Positions 1 to 14,100 of a DNA stretch of 64,000 nt are shown piece by piece. The translations under genes and the position numbers were made by a program. How positions within the stretch are numbered: the first letter of the stretch is position 1; every line of letters begins with the position of its first letter. A model generated the notes under the pieces. The model did not search any database, was not told the DNA's origin, and saw only the letters and a program-made list of their open reading frames with translations. The stretch comes from Paragordius varius (Eukaryota > Animalia > Nematomorpha): positions 7,564,001 through 7,628,000 of the forward strand of contig OZ176052.1 in assembly GCA_964247055.1 (NCBI GenBank). Direction: 5' to 3'.

Positions 1-245
1 TATACGTGATCAAAATACAAACGAAAAATTCTAAATTCTTATCACTTATAACAATTATTATAATTATCATTGTTATCTATTTATTTTCCAAGTTTATTCT
101 AGCTTTTATCAGTTTTTCTCATTCATTCAAAAAATGCACGAAATTACCTTAGTAAAATATTCCAATTCGAAATTCTTAGGATTCGTATCTTATTTTATTT
201 CATTTTTATTAATTGATATATATTTATATATTTTTTTTTCTTTAA

Positions 246-1046
246 TTATTATTATATTTTTGGTTAAAATTTTTGATTCTTTTTTAGATTATTATTATCT
301 ATATATTTATAAAAATGGAAAATGCTGGCTTTGTGATCTGGTACAGGAAACCGGTAGACCCAATCAAATCCAAATATCAAAAAAATATAATCATTAATAA
401 ATGTCCCGACAAAAGCTTCGCCTTTTTTTGAATTCCCCAGTTCGGGCCCACTTCGTGTGAAAAACGGGTTTTTTTGAAAACAAAAGTCCACAAAAATCGT
501 GTTTTTGAGCCAATATCCCGGGTGTTGGACCATTCAATTTCAAATATGATTTTTGTTTACTTATTTTCGATTGCGCCGAACATAGTCGAGTCACTTTTTT
601 GATTTAGGTCCTCTTTTTACCCGCTCCCCCCGTAAAATGCCATTTTTTTCAAAAAAAAAGTCCACAAAAATATTTTTTTGATTGTATTTTTTTGTCCAAG
701 GTATGAGACTGTAAAAATTCGAGAAGGATTTTTCGTAATGCCTGTTAAAAGGCAAAAATTTTAGTCAGGCGTTTCTTTGATGATAGCTGCTGAGTAAGGA
801 GTATCTATCATATGTATAGCATGTTAAAAGATATATGGATATTAAAACATTATTTATGGTAATCTATATATTTATAAAAATGGAAAATGCTGGCTTTGTG
901 ATCTACAGGAAAAACGGTAGACCCATTCAAATCCAAACTTCGAATTTCCCCCAGAAGTCCGAAGAACTTCCTCGGGCTGCGTAGCAGCACGAGATTCACG
1001 CTAGTTATTATTATATTTTTGGTTAAAATTTTTGATTCTTTTTTAG
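246..1046 (+). repeat. Two direct duplications in swapped order (A-B...B'-A') in the RTE 5' region
   Basis: A (42 bp, TTATTATTATATTTTTGGTTAAAATTTTTGATTCTTTTTTAG) at 246-287 and 1005-1046. B (~75 bp, ...AAAATGGAAAATGCTGGCTTTGTGATCT...) at ~297-373 and ~863-937. Confidence 0.85.
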
Positions 1047-1117
1047 TTGCTTTACATATTAGTTACTATATATCTTAGTGTTTATTTTCATCTATATTAT
1101 TCTTCTTTATTGTATTT

Positions 1118-4000
1118 TTGTTTTTTATGAGTGTTTTTTGTAAGGCGTGCAGGCCAGACCCGGCCAGTCGCTGCACGGAGGTAGGGGCCAATAGGGATAA
1201 GGAAGGTTGTAGAATGTGTTTTGCCAGTATAAATGTTGGTTCGTTAAAAAGTAAGTTATATGATTTAGTTGAAACTATGAGGGTAAAAAAAGTAAATTTT
1301 TTGTGCATTCAGGAGACCAGATACCGTGGAAATGGTACTAAGACGTTAGAGGGTAATTAAAAAATGTTTTATTCAGGTTCTACGGATGGTTACTGTGGGG
1401 TTGCCATAATAGTGTGCCCAAGATTTTCCAATCAAGTAATTGAGGTTAGACGTGCTGACAGTAGAATCATAAGTGTCGACCTATTGTTAAATAAGAGGGT
1501 TTTTACTATATTTAGCGTTTATGCCCCCCAGATAGGTTTAACCAAACCGGAGAAAGATAAATTTTATGATTTGTTAGACGCAGAAATGACTTCATTAACG
1601 AAAGACAGAGAAATTATATTTTGTGGTGATTTCAACGGGCACGTGGGACAAAATAGGAGAGGTTTTGAGCCTTGGCACGGCGGAAAAGGTTACGGGGTTA
1701 TAAATGAAGAAGGGGCTAGTTTATTAAGATTTGCCCAATCTTATAACTTTGCTATAACAAATACTTTTTTTACGAAAAGGGATAGCCACTTAATTACCTA
1801 CGAAAGTGGAAATAAGAAGTCACAAATTGATTATATTCTAGTGCCACGAAAGTCTTTAAAGTTTGTTTTGGACTGCAAAGTGATACCTAACTTGCAGATT
1901 AGCACACAACACAATTTAATTATGTGTAAATATATGACAGATATACAATGCCAAAAAGCCTAAGCTTATAGCGCCGAAGGTAATTAAATGGGATTCTCTA
2001 AGAAACAGTAAAGAAAAATTCGTAGAAACGGTAAGCATACTAGACAGGAACAGTGATCCAGAAAGTTGGTCTCAGGTGGCAAAAAAAGGAGAGGCGGGAG
2101 TTAAGGTGTGCGGAACGAAAGATGGCAGAAACCAGGTTTATAGAGAAGCATGGCTGAAAGACGAAAAAATAATTCTGAAATCGCGAGAGAAAAATCAAGC
2201 TTTTAAAATGTGGAGGTTTACCCACCAAGCAGAAGACAAGGAAAAATATAAAAGGATTAATAAGGAACTTAAAAGGCTAGTAAGATTGGTCAAAAAAGAA
2301 AAGATGGCATCATTATATGAAGAGTTAAACAGTAGGCAAGGTTTAAACAAAGTTTTTAAAATTGCTCGACAAAGACACAGAAGAAAGCTGGACTTGCCCC
2401 CTTACGCGACAGCTATTAAAGATAAAAACGGCCAATTACTCGTTGAGGAAGCGAAAATATTGAAAAGGTGGAAAGAATATTTCCAGGACCTTGAATTGGG
2501 CGTCAGTGAAACAAGTTTACCCGAAACACCAGATTATAAATCTGCGCATATTGAAAGTATAACAAAAGAAGAAGTCCAGGCTGGTTTAGAAGAGATGTCA
2601 ATAAATAAGGCTGCAGGTCCAGACGATATTAACATAAACTGTTGGAAAATATTGTCAGAGAAAGGTATTGAATTTTTAGTGGATATTTTTAATAATGTAG
2701 TTACTACAGGTATGATACCAACCGAATGGAAGGAGAGTTTCACTGTTCCCATTTTCAAGGGTAAAGGAGATATTAATGATTGTAATAATTACAGAAGGAT
2801 AAGATTGATGTCGCATACAATGAAGTTATTTGAGAAAGTACTAGAGAAAAGAATAAGAAAAATGCTTAGTATAGAGGGTAATCAATTTGGTTTTATTCCA
2901 GGAAAATCCACCATTGATCCAATTCACGCAGTAAGAAGGCTAATCGAGAAGCATATAGAAATGAAAAAGGAGTTGCATGGTATTTGTATTGATATTGAAA
3001 AGGCATTTGACAGAATACCTCGGAGCACAATATGATGGAGCTTAAGACGGAAAAAGGTCCCTGAAAGTTACATAAAGATCTTAAAAAGCATGTACGAATC
3101 ACACCAAACCAAAATTAAAACACACCAGGGAATATCAGGTCCTATTAAAATAAACGAAGGGGTCTATCAGGGGTCTGCAATCAGCCCGTTATTATTTATA
3201 ATATGCATGGACGAAATTTCAAAAGAAGTAGGGCAACATGATGGCTGGTATTTTCTTTATGCAGACGACCTAATAGTGCTGTCCGACGAGTTGCATGAAT
3301 AAAAGAATTGGTGAGTAAATGGATTGATGTGTTACGACGATGCGGATTAAAAGTTAATAAAAAGAAAACGGAACTGATAAATTTTGGCGGGAAAAAACGA
3401 GAAATAGAATTAGAAGAAGGGTGGGTATTAAAAGGTCAGGAAGAATGCAAATATTTAGGAGCGATATTAGCAGCTGATGGTTCTTTAACACTTGATATTA
3501 ATTTAAGAATTCGAAATAGTTGGGCAAATTATAAAAAGATCTCAAGTGTTTTGTACGACAAAAATATTGACCTAAAAGTAAAGGGTAAGATTTACAGTGC
3601 TGTTGTACAACCAACAATGATGTACAACTCAGAGACATGGGCAATAAAGAAATCAGAAGAGAGGCACTTTGAGGTTACTGAAATGAGAATGCTTAGATTG
3701 ATGTGCAGTGTAACGAGGAATGACAAGGTGAAGAATGTCTACATAAGAGGAAGTACGGAAATCAAATCGGTAACGCAAAAGATGATGGTAAATCGTTTAA
3801 GATGGTTTGGACATGTTGAAAGAAGAGATAAAAATTACATTGGTAAAAAGATTGATGATTATATTGTAAAAGGCAAGATGGGAAAAGGGCGCTCTAAAAC
3901 GCGATGGATAGATACAGTTAAGAGGGACATGGCACAACTGAACCTAAAACGCGAAGACGCTTTAGACAGGGTTCTATGGCGAAATAGTTTACGGATATGA
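1118..4000 (+). pseudogene. RTE polyprotein (APE endonuclease + reverse transcriptase), disrupted
   Basis: Endonuclease motifs ASINVGSL, LCIQET, GDFNGHVG, SQIDYILV. RT motifs NYRRIRLMSH, QFGFIPG, DIEKAFD, QGSAISP, YADD. RTE C-terminal RWFGHVERR. In-frame stops at 1358-1360 and 3033-3035; frameshifts near 1963-2076 and ~3300. Confidence 0.92.
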
Positions 4001-5075
4001 CCGCTCGAAAGAGTGATATCATATAATGTAATTATTATTATTATTATACGTGATCAAAATAAAACCTATATATGATATAAATGATGATTTATATATTTGC
4101 AAATTTTGGCTCAAAAGAAATGGATAGATATAAAATTCAATTTAGTTAATTTAAATTTAGCTCTTTATATTAACAACATTGTTCGACCATTTGCCACAAA
4201 CTATCCTGCTTTGGACATATGAAATCGATCCCATTGGAAAAGTCCTTGATGTTGGGAAGGTGCTTTTTGCAAAAACATTGTTATTAAATAATAATATAAA
4301 ATACCTTGAGTCGGAAATACGATTAACTTCTGATTAAAATAGCTGATCGTTTTTAATAATTTTAAATATTTTAAGGCGAAGGTTCTCAACAAAAAATGTT
4401 AAGGCGCCGCAAAAATATATTGTCTCAAGAACCGTGCAATTTAACTATAAAATTTGCAAATGTATTATAAAATTTAATCAATAATTCAGGGCCATAAAAA
4501 CGCAAGGGCAACAGTCTTAGTAACACTGAAAAATTTGTTAATTGTTTCCTTAGCCATAAACTGTGACTTTAAAAATTATTTTAAAAAAAATAGGGGAGTA
4601 TTCTGAAGGCTTTTATAATTTCACATTTCTTAATTTGAGGAATGCAGCTAAAAATCCATTAAAACATTGTAATAAACATTTTTACAGTATGGTTCGTATT
4701 AAATGCAAAACATTGCAGAACATAATCAATTTTTTGCATATTTTCATTGGGTATGATTGCTTATTCTTTATGTATTGTATTCTTGTTTTCCTAATAATGT
4801 AAATTACTCAATATTTCAGAAATTTTACAACCTTGTGCACCCCGTAAGGGTGGGAGTAATTAAAAGTGGGTAGCAATATATATCTTGTTTTCAGTATCAT
4901 GCTTCACCTAAAAATACAATAAATTATATTACTATGGGTGAAACAACTTTAATCTAAATTCACAGTTTCATTCTGCAAAAGGCTCCGAAATCCGCTTCAG
5001 TATCTCACTGAGCTCTTCATATAAAATTTATACACTACAACTAATACAAAATTAATTTAAAAAATTTGAATTTAA

Positions 5076-5657
5076 CACTTAGATACAACACATTCATTTT
5101 AGTCCTTCGATTCAAATTGGGGTAGTTGGATACCCCAGGTCTGCTTAAAATCAAATACTTTAAAAAGTATGGAAGGAATCGAATCCATGGCAAAATTTTG
5201 CACTTATATAACATTAATAAACCTAAATATATAAAAAATTTTATTCAAAAATATTTGATATTAAATATTTTATGTTAAAACCGAAAGGTAAAAATTTCGT
5301 CAACGTGACATGTGTCAAATGGTAAAACTAAAAAATAATACATAATAAACCGCTTTTTTTATTTCTATCAATGTTAGATGTAATTTATATTAAAATTTAG
5401 CTTTAGTTCTACCCTTGAAATTAAATTAAGACGATATTTTGCGAAAATTTTGTAAAATAAAAATGGCGTCGAATTAGTTTGAGATGGAACTTTTTTTTCA
5501 AAACAAAATTTGATCAAGATATTTTGGCATATTTATATAATTTTTATCAGGATAAAAGCATAAATTTAAATTGGGACCGTTTCCTTCAGTAGCTTTTTAA
5601 AAATCCTAATTTAAATTTAGCCTGGGGTATTTGGATACCCCAATTTGAATCGAAGTG
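5076..5657 (+). mobile_element. piggyBac-type MITE, copy 1
   Basis: TTAA on both sides (5072-75, 5658-61). Termini CACTT...AAGTG. Subterminal inverted repeat TTCGATTCAAATTGGGGTA is offset by a ~27-bp spacer at one end only, the asymmetry typical of piggyBac ends. Confidence 0.85.
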
Positions 5658-6749
5658 TTAAATAATATAAAAAATCTTAAACATAAATAATTTAAAAATA
5701 AATATTTATTACCCCATAAACTTAGATTTTAACAAATAAAGTAAAACTAAAATTTTGGCGCAGTTTATTTTAATTTTCAGAGTATTTTCTTGTCAATAAA
5801 GGGTTAATTGAGGTTTTTTAAATCTATCTATTCATATAGATTGAGCCAAAATTTGCAAATAATCAATAATTTTTATATCATATGCAAGTTTTATAATTTT
5901 TGATCACGTATTGTGCAAATAAATTGATTTTTTCCGATTATAACCATATATAGAGAGTAAAAAATTTTTATATTGTCACTTTTTATGCTTTCATGTCTTT
6001 TAGATTGTAGATATCACAACGGTCATATTAAGCTGGGTGTGACTTGAGAAATTTGTTGTAATTTCTTTTATACCCGTTCAGTACCTGAGATGAAGACATA
6101 ATAATGAGCCATTTGAGAAATGAAAAATATTATTAACATTTTAATGTATATATAAACTTTAGAAATTTAATTGACATATTAAACATATATTATTTCTCCA
6201 TATTAGGCACTTTAGGGTTTATCATATCTTTTAAGTTAAAAAGTTAGGGAGCCTTTTTTTAGATACTAATAGTTTAAACAAATTACTTTAGATAATTCAC
6301 ATTAAATGCCACAAGATTATTTTTAAGAAATTTTATCTCAAAAATCTTATTCTTTAGTTTTAATTGTAAATCTTGACCACTTCATTACATTTTGGGATAT
6401 TTTTTCCATAAGCGATTTCTAATATTACATAGACTTTTAGTTCATTATACATTGAAAAGGAGAAAAAAATGCTGAAAAATCCCATCCAAACTTTTAATAT
6501 TTTTAACAAATATTAAACCATATCATACCCATAATATATTTTGCGGTTGTTGACGAAGACTTCTTACTAATTATTAATATAAAATGCACTTTTTCTTAAA
6601 AGTAGATTTTTAAGACATTTAGGTATCATATTAAATAAAAATCAAATAAAATGACTTGGTATTATATTCTAGTATTAATTTAAAGAAAAATCTCAACAGT
6701 ATTAAATGAGTGCATGAAATTAAAAATCTAGTTGTCCCATTTTTTCTCA

Positions 6750-7260
6750 ACATTATTCACAATTCCTTACCCTTTCACATTTTTGTCTTTTTATATCCCA
6801 GAGCTCATTTTTGTAAGTAAACTACAGTTCTGAAAGTTGTTTTTGTTAAATTTCAATTATCAAACACAAATCTTTGTATAAAAAAGATTATATTTTTTAG
6901 AGGTTTTCCAGAATCTAAAATTGAAGCAGCTCCAAAACCCGATTGAAATGAACAGCAGATAAAATTAAAATATATCAATTTAATGGTAAATGGTAGCCTG
7001 AAAGCTTTTTAAGTTAATTATTTATATTTCCTAACCTATCCCTTTTGCCTGTTGCAATAGCGATAAAAAAAATATATAAATAAAATAGGCGGTTAAAAAG
7101 TTTGAAAAAGGGATTTTTCATAATCTTACATTTTTTAAAAAAAAATTGCATAAAGAGAGCATATTCGATTCGCATTAATAGATCAAATACTGATTACTGG
7201 GACTAATACTACCTTAAAAGGTGATGAAGTAATAATTTATCTTAATTTAGCAGTTCCAAA
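6750..7260. repeat. Old dispersed repeat family (related pieces in opposite orientation at ~35820-36230 and ~34490-34636)
   Basis: Shared diverged blocks, e.g. CAGCTCCAAAA...GAACAGC and GGCGG..AAAAGTTTGA..AGGATTTT. Boundaries approximate. Confidence 0.5.
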
Positions 7261-7516
7261 CAGAATAATGTTTAAAATGCATATAAAATATCAATTAGGG
7301 TTAGTTTATATTTTTTTTCAAAATGAGTCAAAATAAAAAATGAAATTTTTTTGATGATAACTGACTGCTATATATCTAAGTTCATTTCCCTTTTATGCAA
7401 AGTGATCCCCATTTAAACTCTAAAAGATCTGATTTTATACAAAAATTTAATATCAGAAAATATGGCATTCAAAACATCTATATAAATTATATTAAAATGT
7501 ATTTATTTTATATTAA

Positions 7517-8090
7517 CACTTAGATACAACACATTCACATTAATCCTTCGATTCAAATTGGGGTAGTTAAATACCCCAGGCCTGTCTAAAATTAAATTAT
7601 TTTAAAAATATGGAAGGAATCCAAACCATGGCAAAATTTTGGATTTAAATAACATTAATAAACCGAAATATATAAAAAATTTTAGTGAAAAAAAATAGAT
7701 ATTACTTATTTTAAGATAAAACCGAAAGGTAATAATTTAGTCAAGACATGTGTGCAATGGTAATAAAAAATAATACAAAATATACCGTTCTTTCTATTTT
7801 TATCAATGCTAGATGTAATTTAAATATAAAATTAGCTTTAATTTTACCCTTATTATCAAATAAAGACGATATTTTGCAAAAAATTTGTAATATAATAATG
7901 GCGTCGAAGTAGTTTGACATGGAACTTTCATTCAAAACAAAATTATTTTTAGATATTTTATATTTATATATATATATATATATTAATATAGAAGCATTAA
8001 TTTAGATAGGCACCGTTCCATCCGGTAGTTTTTTAAAAATCCTAACTTAAATTTAGTTCGGGGCATTTAACCCCAATTTGAATCGAAGTG
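7517..8090 (+). mobile_element. piggyBac-type MITE, copy 2
   Basis: TTAA at 7513-16 and 8091-94; same termini and internal sequence as copy 1. Confidence 0.85.
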
Positions 8091-8133
8091 TTAATTAAAA
8101 AATAACATCCGACCACATTTTTATATTTGTATC

Positions 8134-11100
8134 ATGCCTCAATCAAAAATTTCTCCCTTTTTGACAAGTAACAACAAGCGAAAAATATTAGGTAAAAACA
8201 TATTTAATTTAGAAACAATTGAAACGAATATTGAAAAAAATAAAATTAGAGCGGAAAATATTAGGGCTTCTAATATGGGAATGCGATTGTCTTGGTTTAA
8301 AGCTTTAAAAAGCCAATTTACACAGGAATATTTTTTAAAAGTAATGTTTTTGATCATATTTAGCTTGAGATGTTTTTAGAAAAGGAAAGACAAAATTTTA
8401 CAATATATCCTCCAAAAAACTCTGTTTTTTCATGGGCTAATATATGTGAATTGGATGAAGTTAAAGTTGTGATAATTGGTCAAGATCCATATCATAATCC
8501 GAAACAGGCACACGGTAATTTAAAAATTTTCAATAATGATAGTTATATTTTTTATTTATAATAATTAAATTATAATAACATCTAGCATATTATATGTCAT
8601 TTCTGATAAGGCTTTAGTTGGCTAAAATATTAAGTCCATAAATACTAGTTGAACAAATATTTATCCAGGTATCCAGCAAAGGGTGTGGCAGGCATGGTTC
8701 CAACCGCCACTGTCCGCACAGGACGACCCTTACCGCCTTCATGCGCTTTTACACGCTTCAGGGCAGGGGGGCGCCACTTATAGAGTAAACATGTAGTATC
8801 ACAGATAAATTTAGAATGATAAATTAAGAGCGATAACAATAGTAATTTTAAATTATATGTAATTTACCCCCTAATTAAGTATTTAAGGTCACAGACAAGA
8901 CTGTCCCCCACCGGGTCCGCCCTTTTCGCAGATAGTTTCTGAAGCCGGCGTTCGCGTCGACGTTGCCGTTTAGCGTAGTGTATCATCTCCTCTTCCTTTA
9001 ACAACTCTCTCTTAGTCTGGGCACATTTTTCTTCCAACCTCCGTTCAGCACTAGTGTTACAAAGTCCGACTCCGCAAGGCCCACACGTTGCAGGAAAACA
9101 CACATGCGCCCAAGCCACGTTTTTTTATACTTCCAATAAATTGGGCGGCCATTCAGTTTCCATTCCAGTGCCGCCTTAAGAGGGACTCATTTCGTTATGG
9201 CGTAGTTGGTGGGCTACCACATTCAGACTTGACAATGGTATTTCCAGCACCAAAGGCAAAGTATCGGTTTTTAGATGAAGCTTACAAGTGGCTAGTTGGT
9301 ACCGTGTTTTCCTGAAGTAAATGTCGCCTGTGATGACTCTTAGCGATTTATTTACAAATACCTGAGCCTTGCCTAAGCCTTGCGGGTATGTTTGACAGAA
9401 TTTGGCCACACCGACAAACCATATAGAATTCTAGGGAGGATTAGACTTTTAAATATTTTCAACTTCAGCCTTTGACCAACCTCCTTCGAACGCCATAAAC
9501 AATGTAATCCGTCGAAGATAAGCTTTGCGGAATGAAGTCTGAGTAGAGGTAAGTTAAGAGCGCATCCGTTTTTGTCCACCATAACTTCCAGGTATCGAAA
9601 GGACTCCACAACCTTCAGCTCCCCTCCCAGTTTTGAACATCCTCGCATCAGACTCACCTATTATCATCACTTTTGACTTTTCATAATTAATATTTAGGCC
9701 AATATAGGCGTCAATTCAGATTCCAGCTGATCTAGGGCCTGCACCAGGCTCTGCTCCATATCCGTTAAGATGCAAAGGTCGTCTGCATAGCAGAGCACCT
9801 GAAAAAAGACGTTGGGAAAGCTCGTGTATAACTTCCGTACTATTGAGTCCATAGCTAAGTTAAAGAGTTTTGGGGACAGAGAACATCCTTGTTTCAGGCC
9901 TCGTTCTGAATAGATGTAGTCCGAACGGGTCGTTTCAACTGCCACCCGACTGCGCGTACGGATTATCAAGTGAAGTATAAAGTTCTTGAAGTTTTCCCCC
10001 ATATCAACCCTCTTCAGCAAGCGCCATGCTTCCTATCCAGTTTATCGAATGCCTTGGCTATATCCACAAATCCCAAGTATAGCGGGTCCTTATGCCGCCT
10101 GCTTTTCTCGATGAAAATTACCAAAGAACAGAATAAATCCATCGTTCCCCTTCCCCGCCTAAAACCACAGATTGCGTGATGGAGTTCATTATCAAAAGAC
10201 TGCAGTCTAGACAGGGCAATGTTGGCCAAAACCTTGTACACTGTATTCACTAGGGCTATACCCCTGTAATCATTAGGAGTGCCTGGATTATCTTGTTTTG
10301 CAATGTTAATTATCTCGCATGTGCCGCCTTAAGCGGACTCATTTCGTTATGGCGTAGCTGGTGGGCTACCACATTCAGACTTGACAATGGTATTCCCAGC
10401 ACTAAAGACACTTTATCTTAATGTTAACGATGATATTAGCCTATCCCACCCATTGATGCTGTGACATTTAGCGCTGAGAACCTGTAAATTTATCACTTCA
10501 AGATGGACGGACGTCTTATATCTATAGGAAATTTAAAAGATTCTATTTTACTACAGTTATTGTCGCCTAAATTTATAAAGAGTATATTCATGGTAATGCT
10601 ATAAATCAACGCTCGCTTACCTCATTACTCGCTAGATAATTGGCAACTCATCGTGACGTTTCAAGGATTTTATAAAAGCAATTTGCAACGCTATAGATAA
10701 ATGTAGCATGGATGTGGAAAGCGCATTTGCCAAACCTATAAATCAAAATTGAATGCCTGTAATTTTGCAACTCAGCGTGAACTAACGCGAAATAGGGATT
10801 TACTGTTGATAAGGTTATATGTTGATGCGGGAAGAAATGATCAAAGTTTTTATTACCCGGCTGTTATCAGATCCAGATATATTTCATTTATTGTACAATT
10901 TAATTTTATTATCTCGTTTATATATCCATATGTCTACCCCGCATCTTTTAAAATTTGGCTCTTGGAACGTCCCTGGAATTCAGAACAAATTGGCGGAGGT
11001 GAGGACGATTTGCACAAATAACTCCCTCCAGCTTCTTTGTCTTCAGGAAGCCCGTTGCGCCTTCAATGGTCGCCAAAAATTTGGCCAACGCTTCACCCTT

Positions 11101-14100
11101 TTCAGCAGCAAGGCAGAAGGTATATCTGGAGGTGTTGGATTCTTGGTAAGGCGCAATATTCTGAGGCGGGTTTCCAACTTTGTGCCGCATCCCCATAGAT
11201 TGGCCGAACTTCAAATAAAAATCAGCACCAAATGTTACACGCTTATTAGCGCTTACGGCCCTCATGACATCTCAGAATATCCTGAGTTTTTGAATGATCT
11301 GGGAACTATTCTGGATTCGGTGCCGGCACGGAATCGCTTTCTGATTTTTGGTGATATGAACTGCAGGGTGGGAAGAAACATATCTTCGTGGGCTATTGGA
11401 AGACACACTCTTACCACTTCCACCAAGGCAGGTAGACTTCTTGCAACCTTTTGTGATAATCGTCGTGATTGGTAACACCTTTTCCCAGATAGCCAACATG
11501 GTCCGTACACAAGAATTGCAAGGAATGTGTGCCCTTCCCACATTGATTTCGTCATTATACGATATAAAGATCTGTCAATGGTGAAGAAAGTTGGCTGCGC
11601 GTTAAACGACCTTATCAACGATCACCTTTTGATCTGCCCTGAGTTACAGGTGGCCTGGGCCCCTCCGCGTCCATTCATAGGTCCGAAATCGGAGTGGGCC
11701 ACTGTGCTTGGTGAGCTCTCTTTTAGAACCAGGCGAAGACATGTTGTCTACGAGGACTGGCTATCTGCTGGGACTAAACGATTTTTCCATGCAATACGAA
11801 ATAAATGTTACACGAGTCGTCGCAGAGCATTGATTAGAGCCAATGCAGATCGCTTGAAACGCAAGGACAGGTAGGCGTTTGTTTCCCTATATTTCACTAA
11901 ACTGGCGGCTAATGAGAAACACTCAAGAGAGCACTATTCAATGATTCGTTTCCTGCTTCGACGGCCCAGACCCTGTACTAGTGTACATTCTCATGGCAGG
12001 CTCATAATAGATAGCCAGAAGAATGTGATCTCTTTGCACCGACATTACACTGATCTGTTGGGGGATAATAAAATGATCCAGGATGACGTTGTCAATGATC
12101 ATCCATTCTCATTGAAATTGGATGAAGGAAAATTTCGCCTAGGTATTGAATTTTTACGAAATTATAAGTGCCCAGGGCCAGACCGCAGCGTGGCAGATGC
12201 TTGGAAGAAGGAAATAGATTGGTGCACTGACAACATCTTATCTATCATCAATAGTTGGCTAGAACGTGGCACACTGATGGAGGAATGGGTGGAATGCGAG
12301 ATAATTAACATTGCAAAACAAGATAATCCAGGCACTCCTAATGATTACAGGGGTATAGCCCTAGTGAATACAGTGTACAAGGTTTTGGCCAACATTGCCC
12401 TGTCTAGACTGCAGTCTTTTGATAATGAACTCCATCACGCAATCTGTGGTTTTAGGCGGGGAAGGGGAACGATGGATTTATTCTGTTCTTTGGTAATTTT
12501 CATCGAGAAAAGCAGGCGGCATAAGGACCCGCTATACTTGGGATTTGTGGATATAGCCAAGGCATTCGATAAACTGGATAGGAAGCATGGCGCTTGCTGA
12601 AGAGGGTTGATATGGGGGAAAACTTCAAGAACTTTATACTTCACTTGATAATCCGTACGCGCAGTCGGGTGGCAGTTGAAACGACCCGTTCGGACTACAT
12701 CTATTCAGAACGAGGCCTGAAACAAGGATGTTCTCTGTCCCCAAAACTCTTTAACTTAGCTATGGACTCAATAGTACGGAAGTTATACACGAGCTTTCCC
12801 AACGTCTTTTTTCAGGTGCTCTGCTATGCAGACGACCTTTGCATCTTAACGGATATGGAGCAGAGCCTGGTGCAGGCCCTAGATCAGCTGGAATCTGAAT
12901 TGACGCCTATATTGGCCTAAATATTAATTATGAAAAGTCAAAAGTGATGATAATAGGTGAGTCTGATGCGAGGATGTTCAAAACTGGGAGGGGAGCTGAA
13001 GGTTGTGGAGTCCTTTCGATACCTGGAAGTTATGGTGGACAAAAACGGATGCGCTCTTAACTTACCTCTACTCAGACTTCATTCCGCAAAGCTTATCTTC
13101 GACGGATTACATTGTTTATGGCGTTCGAAGGAGGTTGGTCAAAGGCTGAAGTTGAAAATATTTAAAAGTCTAATCCTCCCTAGAATTCTATATGGTTTGT
13201 CGGTGTGGCCAAATTCTGTCAAACATACCCGCAAGGCTTAGGCAAGGCTCAGGTATTTGTAAATAAATCGCTAAGAGTCATCACAGGCGACATTTACTTC
13301 AGGAAAACACGGTACCAACTAGCCACTTGTAAGCTTCATCTAAAAACCGATACTTTGCCTTTGGTGCTGGAAATACCATTGTCAAGTCTGAATGTGGTAG
13401 CCCACCAACTACGCCATAACGAAATGAGTCCCTCTTAAGGCGGCACTGGAATGGAAACTGAATGGCCGCCCAATTTATTGGAAGTATAAAAAAACGTGGC
13501 TTGGGCGCATGTGTGTTTTCCTGCAACGTGTGGGCCTTGCGGAGTCGGACTTTGTAACACTAGTGCTGAACGGAGGTTGGAAGAAAAATGTGCCCAGACT
13601 AAGAGAGAGTTGTTAAAGGAAGAGGAGATGATACACTACGCTAAACGGCAACGTCGACGCGAACGCCGGCTTCAGAAACTATCTGCGAAAAGGGCGGACC
13701 CGGTGGGGGACAGTCTTGTCTGTGACCTTAAATACTTAATTAGGGGGTAAATTACATATAATTTAAAATTACTATTATTATCGCTCTTAATTTATCATTC
13801 TAAATTTATCTGTGATACTACATGTTTACTCTATAAGTGGCGCCCCCTGCCCTGAAGCGTGCAAAAGCGCAGGAAGGAGGTAAGGGTCGTCCTGTGCGGA
13901 CAGTGGCGGTTGGAACCATGCCTGCCACACCCTTTGCTGGATACCTGGATAATAATATTGCGCAAGCTATGTATAACCAAACCGTATTACAAATCAAATT
14001 ATTAAATGAAATTTAATAAAACCTATATTTTAAATCAGAATATTTGTTTATTGTTTGTATTTGAAGTAATTTATTTAAAAACTCTAATAAATAAAAAATT

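Larger units (their letters stand above)
18..4044 (+). mobile_element. Full-length but inactivated RTE-clade non-LTR retrotransposon
   Basis: Single EN+RT reading frame in pieces. The 3' end is an (ATT)n tail at ~4031-4044. A 17-bp direct repeat TATACGTGATCAAAATA at 1-17 and 4045-4061 is a likely target-site duplication (the left copy touches the window edge). Confidence 0.85.

Noticed and set aside
940-1000. Ribozyme in the first RTE's 5' region (stems AGTCCGA/TCGGGCT and GCTGC/GCAGC)
   Set aside because: Too few bases between the P1 strands for an HDV fold, and no CUGAnGA/GAAA pair for a hammerhead.
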